64,000 nucleotides of DNA from Eledone cirrhosa (GCA_964016885.1 OZ024743.1:49228001-49292000), one strand, 5' to 3'. Shown: positions 1 to 12,580, counted from the first letter of the stretch. Numbers and translations are program-made. The notes: a model not told the origin generated them from the letters alone.

Positions 1-1256
1 GCATCTGCTCTGTTTGTGGACAGAGCATATAACTTCTTTTAACTTCTTTTCAGCACCTTTATTATCAATGCCTTCAACAATAATAACAGCTCACATCAAG
101 TTTTCTAGAGGTACTGAATATAAAATAGAGATTAACTTCAGATAAAAAGTGTGTGTGAAAGATAGACTGGAACAGTTGTCTCAAAACAAATTTTATAAAG
201 ATTGTCAATTAACTTTAGTGTGTAACCCAGTTCTCGGGTCTGCTCAGCCTCTTGTTTTTCTTTCATAGATTGATAAAATAACTGGAACTGTTGGGTGTGG
301 TCTAATTTAACAGTTACAAATGGGATATTTACCTTTTACTTAGAATTAGAAAAGTGACTGTTGTGCTTAGGTTTATGTGGCTTTGTTAGTTGGCCTCCTG
401 TATGGTTGCATTTTACAGGTCTCTTGGGTGTTTTAGTAATAGCAACTATTATATCATAGTTTAGATGGCTTGCCCTACATTCAATATCTTGCAGAGAAAC
501 ACTTGATACTGAATCTTTAGATTATGTTACACAATACATTGTTATGAGAGAATCAATTGCAGTATTTTAATTGTGAACTGATAACATTCTTGCTTAACCC
601 TTTTCTGACTATGTTTTAATTAATTTTCAATATAATCAAAATTTTGAAAAGCTTAAGTAAAATATATGTAACTTTATTTATTGGTATTTTATGTTGATTA
701 ACTGAAATCCCATGTTTTCAATAATATTGTGATAAGATATTGATTTAAATATGAACACTGAAGGCAGTCTCAACTGAGTATTTTATGATCCCTTATAATG
801 TATTAAAGAACCCCACCTCAAACTAAACTATAAAATATTCAACAAATGATCTGATTAATATTTATTCAATAATTCCTTCCACCAAATAACATGCTGGCCA
901 TTAATATGTCAGCTTGGACATTAAAATCATCTAATTTAGTGGTACTTAATCATTTCTGCTCCAAGCCCTACCATAACACCTCAAAAAATTTGATGCTCCC
1001 TCCTTCCTCAGTATAAAATCATGCTTGATGTTTAAATGATATGTAAAATTTAGAAATTTAATTAATACTACCATCCTAAAATTACAATATTAGTTAAAAC
1101 TAGACCACCAGTGGCCCGTTGGGTCAAGTTCGCTTCAAAACATTTTTTTAAAATCAAGTTCACTTCAAAATAATTTCTAAATAATTAAAATATACGCAGA
1201 CATGTATATAATGTAAAATGAAATTTTATATATGTGTGTGTGTGTGTGTGTGTGTA

Positions 1257-1517
1257 CAGCTATAGAAATGAGATGATAGGGCTGGGGTCCATATCATTCC
1301 ACTGCAAAATAGTCGTGGAGGTGCCACGGCAAAAAAGCACCCAGCACTCACTGTAAATGAGGTTGGTGTTAGGAAGGGCATCCAGCTGTAGAAATCAAGC
1401 CAGAATCAGTTCCCGTATGAGCAAAACAAGGTCAGCCGACTGGACACTGCCCACAACAGGACAACCCGTCTATAGCGTGGAAGAACGGACGTAAAACAGT
1501 GATCATGATGATGATGA
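1257..1517 (+). mobile_element. 5'-truncated SINE (same body as 8071-8415) with RTE family-A 3' tail and (GAT)n end
   Basis: Body matches 8197-8357. Tail ATGAGCAA...GGACAACCCGTCT...GGAAGAACGGACGTAAAAC matches the LINE 3' end at 3049-3157. Confidence 0.8.
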
Positions 1518-1583
<66 letters not shown>

Positions 1584-1587
<4 letters not shown>

Positions 1588-3157
1588 CTCTTCCTTGTGA
1601 GGCAGTTACAGGAAAAGTACCTAGCTAAAAGTAAGCCACTCTACCTGGCATTTGTCGATCTCGAGAAAGCCTTTGACAGAGTTCCACGTGCTATAATCTG
1701 GTGGGCTCTTAGAAAACTAGGAGTAGATGAATGGCTTGTGAAAGCTGTACAAGCCATGTATAGGGGAGCAGTCAGCAAAGTTAGGATTAGCAATGAGTAT
1801 AGCGAGGAATTTAGCGTACAGGTTGGTGTCTACCAGGGCTCTGTTCTTAGCCCTCTCCTGTTCATCATAGTCCTGCAGGCAATAATGGAGGAGTTTAAGA
1901 CCGGATGCCCATGGGAACTCCTGTATACAGATGACCTCGCACTTAGAGCTGAATCTATGGTAGAACTAGAGAAGAAATTCCAAACTTGGAAGCAGGGACT
2001 AGAAAGAAAGGGTCTCAAAGTTAACCTGACAAAGACTAAGGTCCTTGTAAGTAGACTAGAAAACAGAACCCAGATCCCCTCAGGGAAATGGCCTTGCTCA
2101 GTATGTAGGAAAGGTGTAGGTAGGAACTCCATTCTCTGCCCCAAATGCAAACAATGGGTACACAAGAGATGTAGCAGGATCTCAGGAAGCTTAATTAAGA
2201 ATGTAGGCTTCACATGTAGCAGCTGTGCTGGGGCAGCAAACAGCCACAGGAAACAAGTACCACCAATCTCAGGGAGGGCTCTATAGAAACAGTAGACAGC
2301 TTCTGCTACCTAGGTGACCGAATTAGCAGCGGAGGTGGGTGTTCAGAAAGTACAATAACTAGGGTAAGAACGGGATGGAAGAAGTTCAGGAAACTACTGC
2401 CACTGCTAGCTGCAAAAGGCTTTTCCCTCAAAATGAAAGGCAGACTGTATGATGTGTGTATACGAACAGCAATGTTACATGGTAGTGAGACCTGGGTGCT
2501 GAAGGTGGAAAACTTAGGTAGATTAGAAAGAAACGAAGCCTGCATGCTCCGATGGATGTGTAATAGTAATATACGCGAACGGCAAAGCATAAATGAATTG
2601 AGAGAGAGACTGAGCATAAGAGGAATCAAATGCTGTGTGTAGGAGAGGCGGTTGCGTTGGTATGGACATGTGATGTGTATGAAGGATGACAGCTGCATAA
2701 AAAGGTGCAGAGCACTAGAAGTCAATGGAAACCGCGGAGTGGGGAGACCCAAGAAGATCTGGGATGAGGTGATAAAAGCCGACCTTATCCAATTACACCT
2801 CTCTGGCGTCACGCAGTAATACAGAGTACCCGACCTCCATGGGTACAAGCTGAAGCATATAGACAATATGCCCCACACCCTCCCACTGCAAAGTGGTCGT
2901 GGATGCGCCACGGCAAAAAAGCACCCAGCCCACACTGTAAAGTGGACGTGTAGGCGCCACGGAAAAAAGCACCCAGCACTCACTGTAAATGAGGTTGGTG
3001 TTAGGAAGGGCATCCAGCTGTAGAAATCAAGCCAAAATCAGTCCCTGTATGAGCAAGGCATGGTCAGCTGACCAGACACTGCCCACAACAGGACAACCCG
3101 TCTAACCCATGCTTGCATGGAAGAACGGACGTAAAACGGTGATGATGATGATGATGA
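1584..3157 (+). mobile_element. 5'-truncated RTE-clade LINE (family A), RT pseudogene plus 3' UTR
   Basis: RT motifs FVDLEKAFDRV, GVYQGSVLSPLLF, LLYTDDL. Cys-rich segment PCSVC..C..C..WVH..C. C-terminal LHGSETW / MLRWMC. Frameshift near 2280 and stop at 2640. (GAT)n tail. Confidence 0.92.
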
Positions 3158-3206
3158 TATATATACATATATGTGGGTGTCTATGACCTATATACACTGG
3201 TCACAG

Positions 3207-3239
<33 letters not shown>

Positions 3240-4342
3240 CATTTTCCTTCTCTGTCTCCTCTCTCTCTATGTCTCTCTTTCAATCTACTCTCTCACAACC
3301 AGTATCTCTTTCTCTCTCTCTATTAATGAAGGTACCCGGAAAAACACCCTATCTCGGGAACCCGTGCTCCGATTTAGGTGAAACTTGGTTTATTCAATTT
3401 ATATTCCCATTTCAGGGTCAACTCTTTGTCAAAGTATTTTCTTATTATGTGCCTTTTTGGCTGTATTAAATTACAAACAATCACACAATCACAGTAATAT
3501 ATAAATAACATATTCAAATTCATCATATCTTCAGTTTTTGTTTTCTTCAAGCTTCTCCCCATTTAAATTGACCTCTAAAATATTTAAATTGCCTCCCCAT
3601 ATTCAGAATCACTGATCTAACTGGATGTTAATAATACGAAGTGAAAGGGTTAATAGATGCTGAATAATGTGGCAAGTATTAATATTTGTTGTCGACCAAG
3701 AAAGATTTGGAATGAAGTAGCTAGGTCAGAACTCATAAATGAGATGATATAGAACAAGATATGTGAAGATATACTGTGTAGAAAACCTTTCCAAACCATG
3801 CTTATTCCATTCGTTAGAATATTTTTAATGGAAAACTTTGTGTAATTTTCATATAAATTTGAAAATAACTGAGAATTTAGAATGATTTTGTAATATAACT
3901 AACTTTCTCATTATTAAGCTGCTTGTTTGGAACTTAACAAAGATACTTACACAAAATTATGATGGAAAGTTTATAGATAAATATAAACACTTTAAAACAA
4001 AACAATGTAGCACTTAGTTTGTTATCAAATGGGTTAAATAGAAAACAAGGAAAATAAACCAGAAGTATTCTTTTGAATCCATTTATAAAATTTCTATATT
4101 GAACTAATTGATATGTGACATATTGTCAATATTTAGGTTAATGTTATCTGTTTATCTGCTTGCTCAACTTTATCACTATTTGACAATTTGGTTTTATCAA
4201 CATGAAGAAACCATGTTTATTGGTGTATACAGTCAACAAATCTAGATATCAGATAATTAGATTTGCTAATACAGAGAAAATTACCGGTTACATTGGTTTT
4301 AGACAAGCTTTATTAATGATTTATTGGTGTGTATATGAGGTT

Positions 4343-4379
<37 letters not shown>

Positions 4380-4387
<8 letters not shown>

Positions 4388-4643
4388 GAAAATGTTTGTC
4401 TTATATATATATAAAACGAAAATGTAATAGAGTCGATGTATTTCCAGTTTCCATCCAATTTTGTTCAAATTTGATACATAGGTTATTTAGCTCCTGGAGA
4501 ACGCCAACAAATAGTTTAAATCGTGCTTTCCCCTAAAATAGCAAAGTTCTCGGACTATTTAAAGACGACCATGCTGAGGAGAGAGGGGGGTCATTATTTA
4601 CACTGGCGGAAGGTGTGCCAACAACGATGGGCTCTTTTGGTAG
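4380..4643 (+). mobile_element. Short non-autonomous Helitron-like element
   Basis: 5' (TA)n-AAAACGAAAATGT start, duplicated. Internal ATCCAATTTTGTTCAAATTTG motif. 3' GC hairpin (GCCAACAACGATGGGC) followed by GTAG-T, a degenerate CTAG. Confidence 0.45.
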
Positions 4644-4969
4644 TATATATTTATATATATATATATAATGAGTTATTTAATTTGTTGATTATTCAACAAA
4701 GTTAATTTATAACAGGTTAGAAGCACTCAACAGAATATTATACTCTGGAGTATAATATCAATAATATTTTCAATTTTTCTTCCACCTTAATAGCAACCTC
4801 TCTTTCCTTTTCTTATTAAAAAATAATTCTAATAATTATTTAAATATACCTAGCGTCTAAACATAACGGTCTTTTTCAGTTTTAACGTTATCCTCATTAG
4901 CATATTCATCTCGAGGTTTGAAGTTTTGTTCACTATTCACATAGAATTGTTGATATGTCACTATCTGTA

Positions 4970-5051
4970 AACCAATTTTTGTATTTTATCTGATGAGTGC
5001 GTACCAAAATACTGATACCCTTGAAATAGATATAATAAAATAAATATGGTT
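4970..5051 (+). ncRNA. Minimal type I hammerhead ribozyme motif, copy 1 (degenerate helix II)
   Basis: TATTTTAT-CTGATGA(4990-4996)-helix II-GAAA(5023-5026)-TAGATA-TA-ATAAAATA. Helix I has 8 perfect pairs. Confidence 0.7.
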
Positions 5052-5087
5052 TTATAAAGATAGTTTCCATTTATTAATATTATTGAT

Positions 5088-5130
<43 letters not shown>

Positions 5131-5155
5131 CGATATTAACAAATGGAAACTATAT

Positions 5156-5256
5156 TTATAAAACCGTATTTATTTTATTATACATATTTCAAGGACACCA
5201 CATTAAATTATGGTGTGCTTTCATCAGACAAAATACAATATATACCAGTTTTATAA
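5156..5256 (-). ncRNA. Minimal type I hammerhead ribozyme motif, copy 2
   Basis: Reverse strand reads TATTTTGT-CTGATGA-AAGCACACCA(loop)TGGTGTCCTT-GAAA-TATGTA-TA-ATAAAATA. Helix I is extended by TTATAAAAC/GTTTTATAA. Confidence 0.8.
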
Positions 5257-5299
5257 ATAAACATTGACGTACCCTTTCAAAATGCGATCGTTACTTTTG

Positions 5300-5400
5300 T
5301 TATAAAACTGGTATATATTGTATTTTGTCTGATGAAGGCATACCATAATTTAACTTGGTATCCTTGAAATATGTATAATGAAATAAATATGGTTTTATAA
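5300..5400 (+). ncRNA. Minimal type I hammerhead ribozyme motif, copy 3
   Basis: TATTTTGT-CTGATGA(5329-5335)-AGGCATACCA(loop)TGGTATCCTT-GAAA(5366-5369)-TATGTA-TA-ATGAAATA. Confidence 0.78.
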
Positions 5401-5537
5401 ATATAGTTTCCATTTGTTAATATCGTATATCTACTCCAAATACTTGTCGAGTGCTTTATATCAGTTATAAAAATATTTGCTTGTTGTATCCCAGCAATTT
5501 AAATAGAACTTTTGCATATATATATATATATATATAA

Positions 5538-7830
5538 TGGAGGAAATGTGGTAAGGAACCAGGTGGACCATAACGCACCAAAGTACTCAATACTTAGGGT
5601 AGTAGAGTGGGTAATGGGAACGAGTAGGACCCCGACGGCTGAGCTCAAGCTGTTTCGACGGAATTTCTTACGTGACAACTTGCTGCAGGCTACTGATGAA
5701 ACTTGTGGCTGGAGCAGAGCTCCAACCAGACAGAGAGGGACCTGGTGGTGGAACAGCACAGTAGATAAGGCTATTAGAGACAAAAGACTAGCATGGAAGG
5801 CTTGGAAAAAAGGGTGGGAGTAGGGAAGAATATACAGCCACTAAGAGAGAAGCTAGACGTCAGGTGTACTTAGCACGCAAGGAGGCAGAGAGTAGGAGGT
5901 TTGCCAATGTTCTGCGACGGGAAGATCAGAGGCGTGCAGTGTTCCACATTACAAGGCAGTGTGTCAATGCAAATCAGGATGTTGGAGATAAATGTGTCCG
6001 GGATGATGCCGGTGTACTTAGTGTCACCAATGATCAGAAAAAGGAGGCCTGGAAATGTCATTATGAGAGACTGATGAATGTGGAGAACAAATGGGAGAGA
6101 GAGAAATTACCCTTGGTAGATCCGACAGAGGGACCAGCTATTGAGATTGACGAATATAGGGTCCAAGAGGCGATTAGGGAAATAAAAAATGGTAAGGCTG
6201 CCGGACTATCAGGAATAGTTGCTGAGATGCTGAAGACATCAGGAGACGTAGGCACTAAACTGGTTGCACGCATCATCAATCAGGCTATATATGGTGGTGT
6301 CATACCCAAAGACTGGTGCAGCAGTATTCTCATAAATTGCTACAAAGGTAAAGGGGATGCTCTGGAGAGGAGCAATTATAGGGGTATAAAACTGATAGAT
6401 CAGGTTATGAAAGTGGCAGAAAGGATTTTAGCACAACTAATTAGAGAAAGAGTCAAACTAGATGAGATGCAGTTTGGTTTTGTGCCTGGGAAGAGTACAA
6501 CAGATGCTCTCTTCTTGGTGAGACAATTGCAAGAGAGGTTCTTAGAGAAGAATAAGCCACTATACTTAGCCTTTGTTGACCTAGAGAAGGCCTTTGATAG
6601 GGTACCCCGATCTGTCATCTGGTGGTCCCTAAGGAAGCTAGGTGTTGAGGAATGGCTTGTGAGGACAGTGCAAACTTTGTACAGAGGTACTCTCAGTAAA
6701 GTCGGGGTAGGAATGGAGTTTAGTGAGGAATTCCAGATACAAGTAGGAGTACACCAGGGTTCGGTCCTCAGCCCGCTCTTGTTCATTATAGTCCTCCAAG
6801 CCATAACAGAGGAGTTTAAGACTGGCTGTCCATGGGAACTTCTCTATGCTGACGATCTGGTTCTTATAGCAGAATCAGTAGAGGAGCTGGAGAATAAATT
6901 CTGGCTATGGAAACAGCAGTTGGAAGCAAGAGGACTGAGAGTAAATCTAGCTAAGACAAAAGTGTTGATGAGTAGAAAAGAGGACAAAACCCTGATTCCG
7001 TCAGGGAAATGGCCATGTTCGATATGCAGAAAAGGAACTGGCATAAATTCTATAAAATGCACACAATACAGATCCTGAGTACACAAGAGATGTAGCGGGA
7101 TAGCAGGCAAACTAACAGGTAGGGAGAAATATGTATGCAGTAGATGTACAGGGAAATTAGACAGAAGTCGCATTGATAGACACATTTTTCAAATGCAGGA
7201 GGGCGCTATAGAAGTGGTGGATAGCTTCCGGTACCTAGGAGATCAGATTAGCATGGGAGGAGGGTGTTCCGAGGCCATAGTATCTAGAATAAGGACGGGT
7301 TGGAAGAAGTTTAGGGAGCTGCTTCCTCTGTTGACGAAGAAGGGTTTCTCCCTGCGTACGAAAGGCTGGTTGTATGATGCCTGTGTGAGGAGCGCGATGC
7401 TGCATGGTAGTGAGACATGGGCAGCAACTGCAGAGGATATGCGACAGCTGGAGAGAAATGAGGCAAGCATGCTCCGTTGGATGTGCAGTGTAAATGTGCG
7501 TGAACGACCCAGCATAAATGTGTTGAGAGAGAAACTGTGTCTGAGAGGGATGGAATGTAGTGTACGGGAGAGGGGACTGAGGTGGTATGGACATGTGATG
7601 CGCATGGAGGATGACCGATGGGTGAAGAAGTGCCAGGAAATGCCAGTTGAAGGAAGACATGGTAGAGGTAGACCACGAAAAACATGGGCGGAGGTGGTGA
7701 GAACAGACCTCAGATCATTGAAGCTCACGGTGGAGATGACGTAGGACCGTGACGAGTGGAGAGATGCTGTGCTGAATAAGACCCGTCCCACCCTTGCAAG
7801 CAGGGAAAAGCGGACGTAAAATGATGATGA
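5538..7830 (+). mobile_element. 5'-truncated RTE-clade LINE (family B), disrupted RT ORF
   Basis: ORFs 5512-5823, 5864-7078 and 7193-7744 are pieces of one ORF: TWWWN, GKAAG..G, YRGIKL, QFGFVPGKSTTD, FVDLEKAFDRV, YADDL, GRGRPRKTW. Stop at 7076 (TGG>TGA). Tail CCCACCCTTGCAAGCAGGGAAAAGCGGACGTAAAA(TGA)n. Confidence 0.95.
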
Positions 7831-7867
<37 letters not shown>

Positions 7868-7935
7868 ATATATGTGTGTGTGATAATTTTAAAGAAAATC
7901 ATTGTTGTCTAATTGGGCCATAAGTAGGGGTGAAT

Positions 7936-8996
7936 TTATTGATGTTAGCTATAGTAACTTTAGAATATCTTGTAGCAACCTAGTTTTATTAGTTAGCTAT
8001 AGTAACTTTACTAATATCTTGTAGCAACCTAGTTTTATTAGTTAGCTATAGTAACTTTAGAATATCTTGTGGAGGCACATGGCTTAGTGGTTAGAGCATT
8101 GGCGTGCAATCGAAAGGTTGTGAGTTCAATTCTCAGACCTGGTGATGTGTTGTTTCCTTGAGCAAGACACTTTATTTCACATTGCTCCAGTTTACTCAGC
8201 TGTAGAAATGAGATGATAGGGACTGGGGTCCATATCATTCCACTGCAAAGTGGTCGTGGAGGTGCCACGGCAAAAAAGCACCCAGCACTCACTGTAAATG
8301 AGGTTGGTGTTAGGAAGGGCATCCAGCTGTAGAAATATAGCCAGAATCAGTTCCCGTCCCACCCTTGCAAGCAGGGAAAAGTGGACGTAAAATGAAATGA
8401 TGATGAAATGATGAATGTAGCAACCTAGTTTTATTAGTTAGCTATAGTAACGTTACTATAGTTATTATAGTAACCTAGTTTTATTAGTTAGCTATAGTAA
8501 CTTTAGAATATCTTGTAGCAACCTAGTTTTATTAGTTAGCTATAGTAACTTTACTATAGTTACTATAGTAACCTAGTTTTATTAGTTATCTATAGTAACT
8601 TTAGAATATCTTGTAGCAACCTAGTTTTATTAGTTAGCTATAGTAACTTTAGAATATCTTGTAGGAACCTAGTTTTATTAGTTAGCTATAGTAACTTTAC
8701 TAATATCTTGTAGTAACCTAGTTTTATTGATGTTAGCTATAGTAACTTTAGAATATCTTGTAGCAACCTAGTTTTATTAGTTAGCTATAGTAACTTTACT
8801 AATATCTTGTAGTAACCTAGTTTTATTGATGTTAGCGATAGTAACTTTACTATAGTTACTATAGTAACCTAGTTTTATTAGTTAGCTATAGTAACTTTAC
8901 TAATATCTTGTAGTAACCTAGTTTTATTGATGTTAGCTATAGTAACTTTACTAATATCATGTAGCAACCTAGTTTTATTGATGTTAGAATATCTTG
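7936..8996. repeat. AT-rich minisatellite, about 48-52 bp unit (TTTTATTAGTTAGCTATAGTAACTTTAGAATATCTTGTAGCAACCTAG), interrupted by a SINE
   Basis: About 14 tandem units with variant sub-units. The array resumes in register after the SINE. Confidence 0.9.
8071..8415 (+). mobile_element. Full-length tRNA-derived SINE with RTE family-B 3' tail
   Basis: A-box TGGCTTAGTGG (8080-8090) and B-box-like GAGTTCAATTC (8122-8132). 3' end is near-identical to the LINE end at 7783-7830. Confidence 0.88.
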
Positions 8997-11253
8997 TGTT
9001 TTACAATCTCTTCAGAGACTCTCTTACATTATAGCTCAGTGTATGTGATGGTGGCGGTGAAGGAAATCTGTCTGTCTGTCTATCCACCCTTTCCATCTTT
9101 TCTTCCTCATCACTTAATGTTAATTTTTCTCTGATATTTGTAAAATGGTAGTGCTGGTGACATGATAAAATGAACCAAATATTCTAAATATAAAGTCTTG
9201 AGGTATTGAAAAGTATAACATGGAGAAAAACAAACAAATAAAATAAGTGTAACCTCCTGATAATAATGACATAAACTGCTTGATTGGCTTGTAGCATTGG
9301 CAGTTCTTACATCCGTTGTAGAAAATTACTGATATAATATCCTGTCTCTTTTGTTTTTAATATTTAAATACATTATGGTGGGCGATTGGCTGAATTAGTA
9401 GAGCGTTGGCTAAAATGCCATTGCATTTGGTGTTTAAATCCCGCTGAGGTCAACTTTGCCTTCCATGGTTGATAAAATAAAGTACCATACAAGTCTCGGG
9501 GTTGATTTAATCAACTTTCCCCTTCTCCCAAATTTGCTAGCCTTGTGTCTTAGAAATCAATATATAATTTCCTTCTATTTAGAATACAGAAGTTGTTCTC
9601 TTGTTTTCTCTTACATCCTTAGAAATTCATCCATTTTTAAAAACTCTAATTCTCTCTAAACTGTGGTTCTGGTTATTGTCCTATTGGATGACACTTTAGG
9701 CATGTGTCTTCTAATATAGCTGTGGATGATTCATGTTTTGTGAGTAAATTTGGTAAATGGAAATTGTAAGGAAGTTCATCATGTGTATATATATATATAT
9801 ATCGGCTTAGGTGTTCAACAAACATCAGTGATATATACCATATTTAAATAACAATTAGAAAGTATATGTTGCTGTCAGAAAGGGAATCCATTCATGGAAA
9901 AATTTCCCCCAAAAGTCATGTTCAACTCATGCCTGCATGAAAAATTGCACACAAAGTGCAGATATGGCTATATATATAAATGATCATGTAGGTTTTTATA
10001 AGACACTGGCAAATTGAGTTTGAAAATTGAATTAGTAGCTTTTGGCGTATTTTTGATTACAGAAAATAGTCTAATAACAGAGCATATGAGCTCCCATAAA
10101 TGGAATAAAATGGGCAGCAGCATGCATGGGATTCAAACCCACACCTCATATTTTCGCAATAAGTGTGCTAGCTGATTACACCAACTTGATATATATGTAA
10201 ATGATCATGTGTGGTTTTATAAGAAGGTGGTATATGTGTGTGTATAAATTCGTCTCTGTCTCTTCACTTCACAATTGCTAGCACAGGCAGAGACATGTCC
10301 TACACAAAGAGAAGTCCTGCAGCTTAGTGGTTCAATGTGCGACTGTCTGTGCCTTACTTAAACAACAACAAAAATAACAAGTGAGGGTTAGCATCAGGAA
10401 GGGTAGAAAAACTGCCTCAAAAGTGTCTCATCCAATCCATGCCATTATGGAAAATGGATGGTGGTGGTGGTGATGATTATATTACATCTTACTGCCCAAT
10501 TTTCAACCATCTCATGTAACTCAAAACAACAAATATAATAAAGAATTTCAATAATTTTCTTTCTATTTGCTTATGTTTCAGGTTTATAACAACAGTGTGC
10601 TATATTGATTACAAATTATATCACGTTTTTCATGAAAAATATTGTTAAATTAGAAAGATTTTCTTATTTCCTATACTTTTAGGGTAAATATTGAAAAATA
10701 AATGTCTTTTTCAGCAACAATTAATTGAATTTTTAATTTAAAAAAAAGAAAGCCAGCTGTTTTAATATTATTTCTTCTCAGACTTCCATAAAGACATTTT
10801 TACTAATTTAAAAAAATAATTTCACTGGTTTCAGTCATTAAAGTGCAGCCATATTGTGGCACCTCCTTGGAGGTGTTTAGTCAATCATATTGACTCTACT
10901 ATTAATTTTAAATCTAGCACTTATTTTATTGATCTCTCTATTATCAAAATCGCTAAATTATAGGGCATAAACAAACAGTAAATGTTATTACACACACATA
11001 TATATATATATATGTAAATAAGACTGTTATTGCTCCAATTAGTTAACTCACCCTCAGCAAATACTCTAAACTCAATGCCAACCTACACACATGACTCCTG
11101 CCAAACAAACAATACTCACCTGTGAAATATATCAAAATATATGTGGACCACCCATTCTCCCAGACATGGCTTATTCAACCAGAGCTATGGGGAAGACACA
11201 TTATCAAGCTGCAACTGTAGTTTCTATATAATAAAGCCAAAGCTATTATAATT

Positions 11254-12580
11254 CATCATCATCACCGTTTAACGTCCATTTTCCATGCTAGCATGGGTTA
11301 GACTAGTTGTCCTGTTGTGAGACAAGTCAGATCAGATGACCATGTATTGCTCATACAGAACTGTTTCTGGCTTGGTTTCTATGGCTTGACGCCCTTTCTA
11401 ACGCCAACCACTTTACAGTGTGGACTGGCCGCTTTTTGTAATGGCACCAACATGACCACTTTACTGTGTCAACTGATGGCTTTTTGTAATGGCACCAACA
11501 TGACCACTTTACTATGTCAACTGATGACTTTTTGTCATGGCACCAACATGACCACTTTACTATGTCAACTGATGACTTTTTGTCATGGCACCAACATGAC
11601 CACTTTACTATGTCAACTGATGACTTTTTGTCATGGCACCAACATGACCTCTTTACAGGTTGACTGGATGCTTTTGTTGTATCACCAGCATGACCACCTT
11701 GCAGGATGGGCTAGTTGCTCTTTAGTCATGCCACCAACATGAGCACCTTACATGGTGGACTAGGGGCTTTTGTTGTGTTACCGGCATAACCACTTTACAG
11801 GGTGGACTGAGCTTTTAACAACATTGTGAGAGAGAGTGTGTTCAGCATTCCATGCTTGTATACATGGGTTGGTCAAGAGATATGCATCAAATGTAGAAGA
11901 TGGGAGTAGTGGGTGCATGTATGTTGGGTGAGGATTAGAAAAGTAGGTCTAGGGTGGGGTACTTAGCTGGTGAGGGGTGGAGTGTTAACACATGGGAGGA
12001 GTATGGAAAAGGGAAGGGAGAAGAATGGTGCATACTAGAGACCACTAGATGTTGCTTCATCCCATGCACCTGGGAAGGCAAGTCTTCTACAGTACTGCAT
12101 AGCACCAGAGATCTCGGTGTTATGCAGAAGTGTAATTGTGTGAGGTCAATTTTTATCACCTCATCTCAAGCTTTCCTAGCTCTTCTTTGATAGCTTCCAT
12201 CAACTTTGAGCACCTTTTTATTCAGCTGTCATCCTTCATAAGCATCACATATTCATACCACCGCAATCTCCTCTCTTGCACACTGCATCCGATCCTTCTT
12301 ATGTCCAGTTTCTCTTTCAGTTCGTTTATGCTTTGCTGTTCATGTATATTGCTATTACATATACATTGGAGCATGCAAGCTTAATTTCTTTCTAATCTTC
12401 ATAGTTCCTCTGCACACAACACACGTCTCACTACCATGCAGCATTGCTGTTCGTTGTACATACATCATACAGTCTGCCCTTCATTTTGAGGGGAAAAACT
12501 TTTGTAGCTTGCACCAGCAGTAGCTCCCTGAACTTTCTCCATCAAGCTCTCACTCTGGCTACTGTACTTTTGGTACACCC
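11254..12580 (-). mobile_element. Decayed RTE LINE 3' portion with a 48-bp tandem repeat in the 3' UTR
   Basis: Minus strand has remnants of KFRELL..L, LYDVC, LHGSETC, ERN*ACML, QERRLRWY. (CAT)n tail at 11254. Homologous to 26178-27405. Confidence 0.8.
11405..11810. repeat. 48-bp tandem repeat (CACCAACATGACCACTTTACTATGTCAACTGATGACTTTTTGTCATGG)
   Basis: About 4 near-identical units plus about 4 diverged units. Produces the 16-aa periodicity in ORF 11317-11742. Confidence 0.9.

Noticed and set aside
1096-1135. Possible Helitron 3' end on the minus strand (hairpin plus CTAG)
   Set aside because: Only a short motif, with no second end or second copy in the window to support it.
1519-1583. N-terminus of the 255-aa ORF (MCVCVYIYI...)
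   Set aside because: Translation of a (GT)n(AT)n microsatellite in frame with a truncated LINE.
8071-8145. tRNA gene
   Set aside because: A and B boxes are present, but there is no convincing cloverleaf and the sequence runs into a repeated SINE body.
7936-8996. CRISPR-like array (also considered for 11405-11810, 32880-33102 and 35095-35371)
   Set aside because: The units are contiguous with no unique spacers, there are no cas genes, and the context is eukaryotic.
10560-10610. Possible splice acceptor and terminal exon (TTTCAG|GTTTAT..TGA); similar site at 13645-13660
   Set aside because: Such sites are common in AT-rich DNA. No partner exons or homology support it.
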